DNA of 49,649 nt. It comes from Clostridiales bacterium (GTDB lineage: Bacteria; Bacillota; Clostridia; Peptostreptococcales; Anaerovoracaceae). A program made the position numbers and the translations under genes. Positions 8,586 to 17,959 of this stretch are shown in pieces (position 1 is the first letter of the stretch; the number at the start of each line of letters is the position of its first letter). Under the pieces are notes generated by a model, which was not told where the DNA came from, made no database searches, and saw only the letters and a program-made list of their open reading frames with translations. The stretch lies in NCBI GenBank assembly GCA_012729355.1, contig JAAYDG010000052.1:1-49649 (forward strand), written 5' to 3'.

Positions 8586-11500
8586 ATGAACTGGACAGAC
8601 AGACAGATCGATGCAATTGAAAAAAGCGGCATGAACCTTCTGGTTTCGGCTGCTGCCGGTTCGGGAAAAACAGCGGTACTCGTCGAACGGGTCAAACGGC
8701 TGATATTGACGGAAGACGTCGGCGTCAACGAAGTGCTCGTCGTGACTTTTACCAACGCAGCTGCGGCAGAAATGAAGGAAAAAATCTACAGCAGTCTGAA
8801 CAAAGCTTTGGCGGAATATCCGGAGGATTTGGAAAAGCAGCAGCGTCTGCGGCAGCAATTGTCCCTGATCGGCAGATCCAATATCAGTACGTTCCATGCG
8901 TTTGCCTACGAAGTCGTTCGGCGCTATTATCACGTGATCGGAAAACCGCCGGGGCTGACACTCTGCGACGAAGTAAGACAGCGCATCCTGAAAGCGGAAG
9001 CCATGGACGCCTTGTTCGAACGATCTTTTGAACGAGGCGATCCGGCGTTCCTCTCGTTTATGGATCGCTACGCAACGGCGAAGAGTGATGCAACCGTCCG
9101 GGAAATGATCCTGAAATTGCATACGTTTCTGCAGAGCCTTCCGGATCCCGGAGGGTGGATCGCAGAGCGCCTTGCCGATGCCCCGGAAGAGCGGACGCTT
9201 CCCGGGAAAGATCCCGTTGCCCTCCACCTGAGAACCCGGGTCCTTCGGGAGCTGCGGTGGATCATAGCTTATCTGGAGAAGGCGACGGAAGTGCTGTCGG
9301 CGCAGATCGATGAGTCCGGGACGCCCTGTCTGCAGGATCTCTCCCAAAAGAACGCCCGGGATGCGGAAACCTTTCGCGCGCTCTTGCAGCAGGCCGAGAG
9401 CGGCGATTTCTTTGCCGTTCGGGATCTGCTGGCAGAAGGGGTCTCCTTTACGAGGATGGACCTGAAAAAAACAGAAAAACCCTACTATGACGAAGGGTTG
9501 AAAACGCAGGTGAACGAACTGCGCAACGCAGCAAAGAAACGGGTCAGGACATTGCTGAACCTGTGGACCGTCCGGGATTGGTCCGCTGTCTCCAGAGAGG
9601 CCGGCCTGACGCGGCCTTTGCTGGACACGTTGTCCGGTCTGGTCCTGGCGTTCGATGAGATCTATGCCGAAAAGAAAGCAAAAAAGAACTTGCTGGACTT
9701 TTCCGATATCGAGCATTTTGCTCTGGCAATCCTGCAGGATCCTGAAGTCTGCCGGGAATACCGGGAGCAGTTCCGGTATATTTTCATTGATGAGTATCAG
9801 GACAGCAACGAGGTTCAGGAGGCCTTGATCCGGCAGATCTGCAGAAAAGATAATTTGTTCATGGTGGGCGACGTCAAGCAGAGTATCTACAAGTTTCGCC
9901 TTGCGGAGCCCGAACTTTTCATCGAAAAATATCTGTCTTTCAAGAGCGGCCGCTGCGCCCGCAACGGCATTGTGGATCTGAACAGCAATTTTCGTTCCAA
10001 GCAGGGCATCATCGATCTGGTCAACCGGGTCTTTTCCTCCGTCATGAACCCGGAAGCCACCGGACTCACCTACGACAGCGATGCGGCGCTGATCCGGGGC
10101 AGCACCTACGAGGGACCCCGGGACGAACCCCCCGAATTGTATCTGGTGGACACCGATGACGGAGAAGCATCGGAAATCGATCCGGAGATTGCCGAATTGA
10201 AGGCGGTGGAACTGGAGGCGCTTCAGGCGGCGGCTATCATCAAATCGCAGCGCGGGAAGATCATATACGATGAAAAAGCCGGCGTGGAACGCCCCTTGGC
10301 ATACAGGGATATGGCTTTGTTGATGCGTGCGGTCAGCGGGAACGGAGAAGTCTATTACAGGACGTTGGCCGATGCCGGCATCCCCGTGATCCTGGATCGC
10401 AACGAGGGATATTTCAATACCATGGAAATTCAGGTGTTTCTCAACCTGCTTCGCCTGATCGACAACCGAAAACAGGATATCCCGCTGCTCAGCGTCCTGC
10501 GCTCGCCCATCTTCGGATTTTCCGCGGAAGATCTGGCAGCTGTTCGGATCTTTGCCGGACAGACCCGGACCGAAAAGATGTCTTACAACGAAGCCTTTCT
10601 GCATTATATCAACGACGGGCCCCGGGACACGCTGCAGGAGAAATGCGCAGCATTTCTGGAGAAGCTGGCGTATTGGCGCGATCAGGCGATGCATCGTCCT
10701 CTGGGGGATTTTCTGTGGTCGCTCATGGTCGATACCCGATATAATATCTTCGTACGCGCGATCCCGGGCGGCACCCAGCGACAGGCGAATCTGCAGGCGC
10801 TGGTGGATCGGGCCGCAGCCTACGAAGGGGAAAATTTCGGCGGCTTGCACGGCTTCATACGTCACGTGGCGTTTTTGGCGGATAAAAAAGCGCAAATCAA
10901 TGTGGGGCAGGCAAGTATTCTTGCCGAGGATGCCGATGCCGTGCAAATCATGACGATCCACAAGAGCAAAGGCCTTGAATTCCCCTTGGTATTGCTGGCG
11001 GGGCTGAACAAAGCTCTTCTGCATCGGGATGGAGGATTTCCTTTGGCTTGTCACAAGGATCTGGGACTGGGCTTTCGATTCATCGACAGTGCGCGGGGAA
11101 TCTGTGCGGATTCGCTGGCGTATCGGATGATCAGCGACCGGATGCGACAGGAAGAATTGGCCGAAGCGATCCGGATTCTCTATGTGGCCATGACGCGTCC
11201 CAAAGACCGGTTGGTGCTTTTGGCTGCCGTCAGAAAGCCGGCCGAAGCGATTCGCAAGGCCGAGGCGATTCTTCCGGGAGACGTGGAGTATGCGGGCAGC
11301 TATCTGGACCTGCTCCTGTCTGCCGCAGGGAAATCTATGCCGATCATCATCGTCGACAAGAGCAGGCTTGCCCTGGGCAAAGAGAAAGAGCAGCTATCCA
11401 GAAGACAGTTGCGAGAGGACTTGGAACGCGGATTTTCTCAGGGAAGCGGGAGGACAGATCCCCGCAGAGAAGAGTGGATCTCTTACTTGGCGGAACCATG

Positions 11501-12200
11501 TTTCGGACCCGATGTTCCCCAGGAGCCGGTCAAACTCACCGTATCCCAGATAGCTGCCACGGAAGCCGGAACGACGCCAGTCGGCCGAAGGCTGGCAATC
11601 GATTCCGAAGAAGAAGAAGGATGGGAAGCCGGTCGGCCGGGCAAGCTGTTTGCTTTCCGCAGACCTGTGTTCCTGTCCGATGCAAAAGAACTTTCGCCCG
11701 CGGAAAAAGGTACGGCGTACCACAGCGTTCTGGAACGGATCCCTTTCACGGAGCGCTGCCAGCGGGAGGAAGAGATCACAGCATTCCTGAAGGATCTGAC
11801 GGAAAGGGAATTGATCACATCCGAAGAAGCCGCCGCTGTGGATCCGGCCAGGATCGCCGCGTTTTTCCGATCGGAGATCGGCCGGCGCATTCTGGCGGCG
11901 CCGGAAGTCTTTCGAGAGGCTTCTTTCGTGATGAGAACGACGTTTCGCGGCAGCGAACGACTGGTGCAGGGAACCATCGATTGTTGTTTCATGGAGGACG
12001 ATCACTGGGTCCTGGTGGACTACAAGAGCAACTATGTCGACATGAAAACGTGGCAGCAGGAGAAGGAGCGCCTGCTGCAAACTTATCAAACACAAATGCG
12101 TTTGTATAAAGAGGCGCTGGAAAAAATAACGAATATCCCGGTCAAGGAAGCCGTCTTGTACCTGCTGGCGGCAGAGGACCAGATGAAGATGACCTATTGA
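8586..12200 (+). CDS. addA: ATP-dependent helicase/nuclease subunit A (AddA/RexA type, UvrD-like helicase with C-terminal RecB-family nuclease)
   Basis: MNWTDRQIDAIE...LVSAAAGSGKTAVLVERV, TFHAFA, IFIDEYQDSN, and C-terminal GTIDCCF...WVLVDYKSN nuclease motif. 1204 aa. ATG 8586 after GGGGAGGA. Confidence 0.9.
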   Translation: MNWTDRQIDAIEKSGMNLLVSAAAGSGKTAVLVERVKRLILTEDVGVNEVLVVTFTNAAAAEMKEKIYSSLNKALAEYPEDLEKQQRLRQQLSLIGRSNISTFHAFAYEVVRRYYHVIGKPPGLTLCDEVRQRILKAEAMDALFERSFERGDPAFLSFMDRYATAKSDATVREMILKLHTFLQSLPDPGGWIAERLADAPEERTLPGKDPVALHLRTRVLRELRWIIAYLEKATEVLSAQIDESGTPCLQDLSQKNARDAETFRALLQQAESGDFFAVRDLLAEGVSFTRMDLKKTEKPYYDEGLKTQVNELRNAAKKRVRTLLNLWTVRDWSAVSREAGLTRPLLDTLSGLVLAFDEIYAEKKAKKNLLDFSDIEHFALAILQDPEVCREYREQFRYIFIDEYQDSNEVQEALIRQICRKDNLFMVGDVKQSIYKFRLAEPELFIEKYLSFKSGRCARNGIVDLNSNFRSKQGIIDLVNRVFSSVMNPEATGLTYDSDAALIRGSTYEGPRDEPPELYLVDTDDGEASEIDPEIAELKAVELEALQAAAIIKSQRGKIIYDEKAGVERPLAYRDMALLMRAVSGNGEVYYRTLADAGIPVILDRNEGYFNTMEIQVFLNLLRLIDNRKQDIPLLSVLRSPIFGFSAEDLAAVRIFAGQTRTEKMSYNEAFLHYINDGPRDTLQEKCAAFLEKLAYWRDQAMHRPLGDFLWSLMVDTRYNIFVRAIPGGTQRQANLQALVDRAAAYEGENFGGLHGFIRHVAFLADKKAQINVGQASILAEDADAVQIMTIHKSKGLEFPLVLLAGLNKALLHRDGGFPLACHKDLGLGFRFIDSARGICADSLAYRMISDRMRQEELAEAIRILYVAMTRPKDRLVLLAAVRKPAEAIRKAEAILPGDVEYAGSYLDLLLSAAGKSMPIIIVDKSRLALGKEKEQLSRRQLREDLERGFSQGSGRTDPRREEWISYLAEPCFGPDVPQEPVKLTVSQIAATEAGTTPVGRRLAIDSEEEEGWEAGRPGKLFAFRRPVFLSDAKELSPAEKGTAYHSVLERIPFTERCQREEEITAFLKDLTERELITSEEAAAVDPARIAAFFRSEIGRRILAAPEVFREASFVMRTTFRGSERLVQGTIDCCFMEDDHWVLVDYKSNYVDMKTWQQEKERLLQTYQTQMRLYKEALEKITNIPVKEAVLYLLAAEDQMKMTY

Positions 12201-12217
12201 GGACGAAAGGAGAAACA

Positions 12218-12763
12218 ATGATATTTGTGTATCTCGCAGAAGGATTTGAAGAAATCGAAGCCGTGACACCGGTGGATATCCTGCGTCGGGCAGGGTTGAA
12301 GGTGGAGACGGTCTCCATGGAAAAAGATCTGCAGGTCGTGGGCGCACACGGGATCCCCGTGGTCTGTGACAGGCTTTTTGCCGAGAGCGAACCTATGGAA
12401 GCCCGTGCGATGATCCTGCCCGGCGGAATGCCGGGCGCCCTGGGGTTGCTTCACAGCGCTCCGCTGCTGGACAGGATTCGCAGAGAAAATGCAAAGGGCA
12501 CGCTCATCTGCGCTATTTGCGCCGCGCCGATGGTGCTGGCCAAAGCGGGCATATTGGAAGGGCGAAACGCAGTGATCTATCCGGGCATGGAAGCAGAAAT
12601 CAAAGGCGCCGTTCCCGCATCCGTTCCTGTTTGTGTCGACGGCAACCTCATCACTTCCCGGGGACCGGCCACGGCGATGCCTTTTGCCCTTGAGATCCTC
12701 AAAGCATTGACGGACGATTCCACCCGGAATACGATCCGGGAAGGGCTGCTGTTCCATGATTGA
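12218..12763 (+). CDS. DJ-1/PfpI (ThiJ) family protein
   Basis: MIFVYLAEGFEEIEAVTPVDILRRAG..., nucleophile-elbow ICAICAAP, and ITSRGPATA. ATG 12218 after AAAGGAGAAA. Confidence 0.85.
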   Translation: MIFVYLAEGFEEIEAVTPVDILRRAGLKVETVSMEKDLQVVGAHGIPVVCDRLFAESEPMEARAMILPGGMPGALGLLHSAPLLDRIRRENAKGTLICAICAAPMVLAKAGILEGRNAVIYPGMEAEIKGAVPASVPVCVDGNLITSRGPATAMPFALEILKALTDDSTRNTIREGLLFHD

Positions 12764-13664
12764 TATCGACCTGCATCTCCATACCTATTACAGCGACGGC
12801 ACGGAAAGTCCCACAGAACTGGTGCGCCGGGCTGCCGCGGAAGGGCTGCGGACGATCGCCGTTACGGACCACGACGGGATCGACGGTGTGCCGGAAGCGG
12901 CTGCTGCGGCCCGGCCTCTGGGCATTTGCGTCATCCCGGGATTGGAATTTTCTGCGGAATGGATGTACCGGGACGATTCGGACCGGCCGGAAATGCACAC
13001 GATGCACATTCTCGGCTACGGAATCGATCTTGCGAGCGGCACGCTGCAGGAAAAAATGAAAGAGATCCGTCAAAAACGGGCGATTCGCAACGAGAAACTC
13101 TATCGAGCGTTCAAAGGAAAAGGGATCGAGATCGATCGAAAAGAGTTGGAGTCGGCATCGCCCGGCGGGTTTGTGGGAAAGCGCTCCTTTGCGACGGCAT
13201 TTCTCAAGAAAGGGCTTGCCGACAATTTGGAAGAGGTGTTTTCATCGGAAGCCCTGATGGACGACCCGGTGATCCGTTCGATCCATAAGGAAAAGACGTC
13301 TGCGGAAGAGGCGATCCGCATCATCCATCAGGCCCGCGGCAAAGCGTTTTTGGCCCATCCGTTTCAACTGGGGTATTCGTCGCTCAGCCGCGAGCCGGAA
13401 GGATTTCGCTCCCGCCTGGCCCTGGTTGTCCGACAATTGGGAATTCTGGGGCTGGACGGAATCGAATGCTATTATCCGACCCACGACCGGGAGAGGACCG
13501 CATATTTGCTGACCCTTGCGGATCGGGAAGAACTTCTGGTATCCATAGGATCGGATGATCACGGGCCCTGTGCGCGGAAAATCAAACGGATCCATTCTTT
13601 TCGGGTGGAGGCGGATCTGCTTCGGCTTGCATGGGTCAAGGACATGACGTGTTCCGATGCGTGA
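12756..13664 (+). CDS. PHP-domain phosphoesterase (TrpH/YciV family)
   Basis: IDLHLHTYYSDG...IAVTDHDGIDG...GLEFS...HILGY...AHP...GIECYYP...GSDDHG metal-ligand pattern. Overlaps the DJ-1 gene by 8 nt. Confidence 0.85.
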   Translation: MIDIDLHLHTYYSDGTESPTELVRRAAAEGLRTIAVTDHDGIDGVPEAAAAARPLGICVIPGLEFSAEWMYRDDSDRPEMHTMHILGYGIDLASGTLQEKMKEIRQKRAIRNEKLYRAFKGKGIEIDRKELESASPGGFVGKRSFATAFLKKGLADNLEEVFSSEALMDDPVIRSIHKEKTSAEEAIRIIHQARGKAFLAHPFQLGYSSLSREPEGFRSRLALVVRQLGILGLDGIECYYPTHDRERTAYLLTLADREELLVSIGSDDHGPCARKIKRIHSFRVEADLLRLAWVKDMTCSDA

Positions 13665-13681
13665 ACAGAGGATCGACCGTG

Positions 13682-13710
13682 AAAAAGCCCGGCAGCTTCG
13701 CCGGGCTTTT
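13682..13710. terminator. Bidirectional intrinsic terminator
   Basis: aaaaaGCCCGGC-agcttc-GCCGGGCtttt, a perfect 7-bp GC stem with A and T flanks between convergent genes. It overlaps the stop codon of the minus-strand kinase gene. Confidence 0.65.
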
Positions 13711-14281
13711 ACAATATGAAATCGCAGCATTTTTCCGGATGCCCGGTTTCAAAATAACGTGATTCCAGCGGGATCCATTTTTCCTTGAAAATCACGAGTC
13801 CTTCGGGACCTTCCCGGGAACGGATGCGGCGTTCCTGCTCCTCTGCGTCCACCGTCAGAAAGATGCGGATATCATAGAGGCTGCGCAGCGCTTCATGGAG
13901 ACTGTACGACCCCTCCACAACGGTCACCGGCGCCCAGGGAATACGACGCAGGGGACCGAAGGCCATCTCTTTGCAGCAAAAAGGACGGTAGGAGATCTCT
14001 TTGCCGATCTGCTCTTCGCCCAGGAACGGCGCGACCTCTTTCAGAAATCGTTCGTAGTGCACGTTCCCGCCGGGTTGCGCATAGCGCTGGGGCGTGCGCA
14101 ATTCCGGGGGGAGGAAGAAGTCATCCATGGGGATCACCCGGGCTCTGCACCGTTGTGCGATCTTTTTTGCAAGGCTCGTCTTTCCCGAAGCACAGGGTCC
14201 GTCGATGGCGACGATCGTGGAGGGGCGCTCTGTCGAAGCGCTCTCCAATACGCGGTATATTTTTTCAAATTCATCGTTCAT
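13709..14281 (-). CDS. Uridine kinase family P-loop protein (small, 190 aa)
   Basis: MNDEFEKIYRVLE...IVAIDGPCASGKTSLAKKI...IPMDDFF. The start at 14281 matches the first Met after the non-protein-like upstream extension in track ORF 13709-14485. Confidence 0.72.
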   Translation of the reverse strand: MNDEFEKIYRVLESASTERPSTIVAIDGPCASGKTSLAKKIAQRCRARVIPMDDFFLPPELRTPQRYAQPGGNVHYERFLKEVAPFLGEEQIGKEISYRPFCCKEMAFGPLRRIPWAPVTVVEGSYSLHEALRSLYDIRIFLTVDAEEQERRIRSREGPEGLVIFKEKWIPLESRYFETGHPEKCCDFIL

Positions 14282-14336
14282 GGCAGTATTGTACCACACG
14301 AATCCCGTCCTGAAAACGGGCACAGACAGGAGATAT

Positions 14337-14365
14337 TTGACATAATATGGATAATATTGTATAAT
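14337..14365 (+). promoter_or_regulatory. Consensus sigma-A promoter (TTGACA-17-TATAAT)
   Basis: TTGACA at 14337-14342, 17-nt spacer, TATAAT at 14360-14365, about 45 nt upstream of the 14410 ATG. Confidence 0.55.
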
Positions 14366-14409
14366 GTGGACCACGTGGGCAGCGAACGGGAACCGAGAAA
14401 GGAAACGAC

Positions 14410-14751
14410 ATGAAGGAAAACGTGATCGAAGTGATGGAAACCGCAAAATCCTATGCGAAAAAGCGCGAAAACGGCCGGAGCGCATCGTCCCCGGCGCAGG
14501 CGAAGGGAGAAGAATTCACGTACGAGATCAAGGAACACATCGGCGTCCTGAGAACCAGTTCAGGCGGATGGACCAAAGAACTGAACGTGGTTTCGTGGAA
14601 CGGGAATCCGGAGAAATACGATCTTCGGGAATGGTCGGAAGACCATAAAAAAATGTCCCGGGGGATCACCTTGACGCCCTGGGAAGCCAAGACGCTCTTC
14701 GATTGGTTTTCGGAGAGGGATATGACCGTCGGGATACCGGACGAAGCGTAA
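14410..14751 (+). CDS. YdbC-like / PC4-fold putative ssDNA-binding protein
   Basis: ...EFTYEIKEHIGVLRTSSGGWTKELNVVSWNGNPEKYDLREWSEDHKKMSRGITL... matches my memory of the Bacillus/Lactococcus YdbC family core (WNG..KYD.R.W). Confidence 0.68.
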   Translation: MKENVIEVMETAKSYAKKRENGRSASSPAQAKGEEFTYEIKEHIGVLRTSSGGWTKELNVVSWNGNPEKYDLREWSEDHKKMSRGITLTPWEAKTLFDWFSERDMTVGIPDEA

Positions 14752-14759
14752 CGCAACTG

Positions 14760-14789
14760 AATGGGCGGCCGGAGTGCCGCTCATTTTTT
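14760..14789 (+). terminator. Intrinsic terminator of the ydbC-like gene
   Basis: atgggcggc (14761-69) pairs with gccgctcat (14776-84, one G-U pair), followed by TTTTTT. The T-run lies inside the 3' end of the convergent glycosylase gene. Confidence 0.55.
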
Positions 14790-15422
14790 CTTCCGTATGC
14801 CGGGGTCCGTCCAGTCGGGGTATTGCCCCGAAGCGATGGCCCACAGGTACAGACTGGCTACAGAACCCTTCGGCGAATAGCGCCGTCGATATCGATCGAA
14901 CCGCTTGCGGTCGATGGTTCGATGACGGTACAGCATCCGCATTCCGCGAAGGATGGCCAAATCACCGAAACTGAGGATATCCGGACGTTGCATGCAAAAG
15001 ATCATGAGCATTTCCGCCGTCCATACACCGATGCCTTTCAGCGTGCAGAGCGCCTGTATCACTTCCTCGTCTTCCTTCCGGGTCAGACCCTCCAGATCGA
15101 ATCCCCCCGAGCAGATCTTGTTCGAATTCTCCAGGATATAAGCTGCTTTGCGAAACGAGATCCCGAAACGTTGAAGGTCTTCCGGCGCAGTACCGCAAAT
15201 TTTTTCCGGCGTGACCTTTCCGTAATGGTCCGTAATCCGCTTCCAGATGGTCCGATGGGCCGCCGTCGAAATTTGCTGGCCCACGATGCTGTTGACCAAA
15301 GATTCGTACAGATCGTCCTGCACAGGTCTTCGGATCGGTCCGATCCGATCCATGGCCGCACCCAGTATCGGATCCTTTGCCTTCAGATAGTCGATATCGC
15401 TTTGGTTGTATTGAAAGTACAA
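14781..15422 (-). CDS. DNA-3-methyladenine glycosylase II family (HhH-GPD, AlkA-like)
   Basis: ...DIDYLKAKDPILGAAM...LVNSIVGQQISTAAHRTIW...LKGIGVWTAEMLMIF... (helix-hairpin-helix) ...D.... TTG start at 15422 with a GAGG RBS. Confidence 0.85.
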   Translation of the reverse strand: MYFQYNQSDIDYLKAKDPILGAAMDRIGPIRRPVQDDLYESLVNSIVGQQISTAAHRTIWKRITDHYGKVTPEKICGTAPEDLQRFGISFRKAAYILENSNKICSGGFDLEGLTRKEDEEVIQALCTLKGIGVWTAEMLMIFCMQRPDILSFGDLAILRGMRMLYRHRTIDRKRFDRYRRRYSPKGSVASLYLWAIASGQYPDWTDPGIRKKK

Positions 15423-15492
15423 TTTGCTACCTCGTTATTGAAATCATGTGGTACAATTATAGCACAGCGATAAAAGAACGAGAGGGCAAATT

Positions 15493-17031
15493 ATGCATAT
15501 CACAGTGAAAACCGCGCCTAAAGCAAAGAGTGTTTCCGTCACGGCCGAACCGGGCACGCCGATTTCGGATCTGATCTCCCGCTTTCGCAGGGAACTGCCC
15601 TACGATGTGGTTGCCGCAAGACTGGACAACCACGTGGTGGGATTGGACACGCAGCTGTACAGCGAGGGAGAAGTCACCTTCCTGGACGTGCGGGATCCTT
15701 CCGGCAATCAGGCGTATCAGAACAGTGTCGTGGAACTGTATCTGGCGGCAGTGCGGAACGTCTTTCCCAAAGCCTCCGTCGTCGTGGCCCATTCTCTGAA
15801 TCGAGGCATCTATACAAAAATGAGCGGGATCCGCACGCCCGGACCGAAAGAGGTAGCGCGGATCGAAGCGGAGATGAGGAGGATCGCCCGGGACGATATT
15901 TCATTTTTTGAGATCAATCCTGACGTGCAGCTGATCGTTCCTTCCACCGGATATGTCAAGGAATTCGATCTGAAGAAATGCCGGAACGGCATCATCGTCC
16001 GGATCCCCGAAGCCGCCCACCCCCAGGGGCTGCCACCCTACAGGGATGATAAAAAACTCCACAAGGCATTTCAGGAGCAGGAAAAATGGAATCATATGCT
16101 GGGTATCAGGTATATGGACGATCTGAACGAATTGATCCGCAACGATGAAATGAAGGAAATCATCCAGATCTCCGAAGCGCTGCACGAAAAAAGCATCGCA
16201 GGCATTGCCGACCAGATCGTTCGAACCAAGAAGCGCATCGTCCTCATTGCCGGCCCCTCCTCCTCCGGGAAGACCACATTTGCCCACAGGCTATGCACTC
16301 AGCTGTGGGTCAACGGGCGGAAACCGATCTATCTGGGCACGGACGATTACTATCTGGAGCGGTCGCAGGTTCCGGCAGGAGCCGACGGCACCAAGAATTT
16401 CGAAAACCTGGATTCCCTGGATGTGGCGCTGTTCAATACGCACATGAATGCGCTTTTGGCCGGCGGACCGGTAGACATTCCCCGATTTGATTTCGAGAGC
16501 GGAACGAAGAAATTCGGAGAGCGCATCCTCCAGGCGAAACCCGATCAGCCCATCGTCATCGAGGGGATCCACGGCCTGAACGATGAGCTGACCCGACAGA
16601 TTCCGGCCGAACAGAAATTCAAAATCTATATCAGCCCGCTTACGATGGTCCGCATCGACAACCACAACAGGATTCCTCTCACCGATGTGCGAAAGCTCCG
16701 CCGCATCATACGGGATGCGTCCAAACGGGGTTGGGATGCCCGCCAGACCATCGAGGCCTGGCCCAAGGTTCGGGCGGGGGAGGACGTGAATATTTTCCCC
16801 TACAGCGATCAGGCAGACGCCATTTTCAATTCGGTCCACGTATACGAAATGGCTGCGCTCAAGAAATATGCCCGCCCGCTGCTGGAAGCGATCGGGGAGC
16901 AGGAAGAAGAATACACCGAGTCCCGTCGGCTGCTGCGCCTCCTGGGCTTTGTGGACGAGCTCAAGGATGATTCCGTCATCGTGAACAATTCCATCATCCG
17001 GGAGTTCATCGGCGGAAGCGTTGTCGGATAG
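15493..17031 (+). CDS. Nucleoside (uridine/cytidine-type) kinase fusion: N-terminal TGS/ThrRS-N-like region plus C-terminal PRK/uridine kinase P-loop domain
   Basis: IVLIAGPSSSGKTTFAHRL Walker A, IVIEGIHGLND, and 512 aa. The N-terminal ~230 aa has no kinase motif. Confidence 0.78.
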   Translation: MHITVKTAPKAKSVSVTAEPGTPISDLISRFRRELPYDVVAARLDNHVVGLDTQLYSEGEVTFLDVRDPSGNQAYQNSVVELYLAAVRNVFPKASVVVAHSLNRGIYTKMSGIRTPGPKEVARIEAEMRRIARDDISFFEINPDVQLIVPSTGYVKEFDLKKCRNGIIVRIPEAAHPQGLPPYRDDKKLHKAFQEQEKWNHMLGIRYMDDLNELIRNDEMKEIIQISEALHEKSIAGIADQIVRTKKRIVLIAGPSSSGKTTFAHRLCTQLWVNGRKPIYLGTDDYYLERSQVPAGADGTKNFENLDSLDVALFNTHMNALLAGGPVDIPRFDFESGTKKFGERILQAKPDQPIVIEGIHGLNDELTRQIPAEQKFKIYISPLTMVRIDNHNRIPLTDVRKLRRIIRDASKRGWDARQTIEAWPKVRAGEDVNIFPYSDQADAIFNSVHVYEMAALKKYARPLLEAIGEQEEEYTESRRLLRLLGFVDELKDDSVIVNNSIIREFIGGSVVG

Positions 17032-17043
17032 AGGTGCGAACAG

Positions 17044-17949
17044 GTGAAACACTTCGGTGTGATCGGCGGGATCGCCGCAGATTTGGAAGGACGGCCTTTT
17101 CGCCCGCTGATCCTCGGAGATTCCAATCCGGGCAGGGCAGCCGTTTCCTTTGGCGGCGTCGGGCGGAATATTGCCGAAAACCTTCATCGAATGGGCGGAA
17201 ACCGGGTCTCTTTCTTTTCGGCGGTGGGCAAGGACGCACTGGGGATGGAAGCCGTCGACGCCCTGGCGGATGCGGGGGTGGACAGCAGCGGCATTCTGGT
17301 GCTGGAGGAATACTCCACGGCGTTGTATCTGTCCATTCTGAACGAACGGGGAGACATGGCGCTGGCGCTGTCCGATATGAGCATCCTGGAGCAGATCAGT
17401 CCGGAGCGGATTCACACATTCCTTCCGACGTTGACAGAGGCCTCCGTCCTGGTCCTGGATGCGAATCTTACGGCAGAAGCGCTGACGTATTGCGGGCGAG
17501 TTTGTAAGGATTGCCGGATTTTCATCGATCCGGTGTCTGTGGAAAAATCGGAACGCGTCCGCGGGATCCTGTCTGCATGCTATGCGCTGAAACCCAACCG
17601 GGCCGAGGCGGAAGCCCTGGCAGGCTTCCCCATTCGCAGCGATGAGGATCTGCGTGCTGCCGGCACGTTTTTTTTACAGAAAGGTCTTCAAATGATCTTT
17701 ATCTCTCTGGGGGAGGAAGGGCTATTTTTCATGGATCCAACACACAGTGGCAGACTGTCTCCGCTGCGGCGGGAGACGATGGTCAGCGCAACCGGTGCCG
17801 GGGATGCGGCCTCTGCCGCCATCGCGGACGGGATCGCCCGGAATCTGGAGGTGGAAAGCATCGCCGAACTGGCGATCCTGGCCGGCAGCCTGACGGTCCG
17901 GGTACAGGAGCGGGTCAATCGGAAGATCGGATCCTTCTGGAAAAGATAA
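17044..17949 (+). CDS. psuK: PfkB-family carbohydrate kinase, likely pseudouridine kinase
   Basis: GTG start after GAGGTG. PfkB pattern (...GGVGRNIAENL..., C-terminal ...SATGAGDAASAA...). Sits immediately upstream of psuG as in the E. coli yeiC-yeiN pair. Confidence 0.72.
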   Translation: MKHFGVIGGIAADLEGRPFRPLILGDSNPGRAAVSFGGVGRNIAENLHRMGGNRVSFFSAVGKDALGMEAVDALADAGVDSSGILVLEEYSTALYLSILNERGDMALALSDMSILEQISPERIHTFLPTLTEASVLVLDANLTAEALTYCGRVCKDCRIFIDPVSVEKSERVRGILSACYALKPNRAEAEALAGFPIRSDEDLRAAGTFFLQKGLQMIFISLGEEGLFFMDPTHSGRLSPLRRETMVSATGAGDAASAAIADGIARNLEVESIAELAILAGSLTVRVQERVNRKIGSFWKR

Positions 17950-17959
17950 AGGAGAAATC

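Noticed and set aside
8532-11054. 840-aa ORF on the minus strand
   Set aside because: It is entirely antisense to addA. Its translation is rich in R, G, P, Q, F and H with no recognisable motif, whereas the + frame encodes a textbook AddA. It is a shadow ORF of the kind expected in high-GC DNA.
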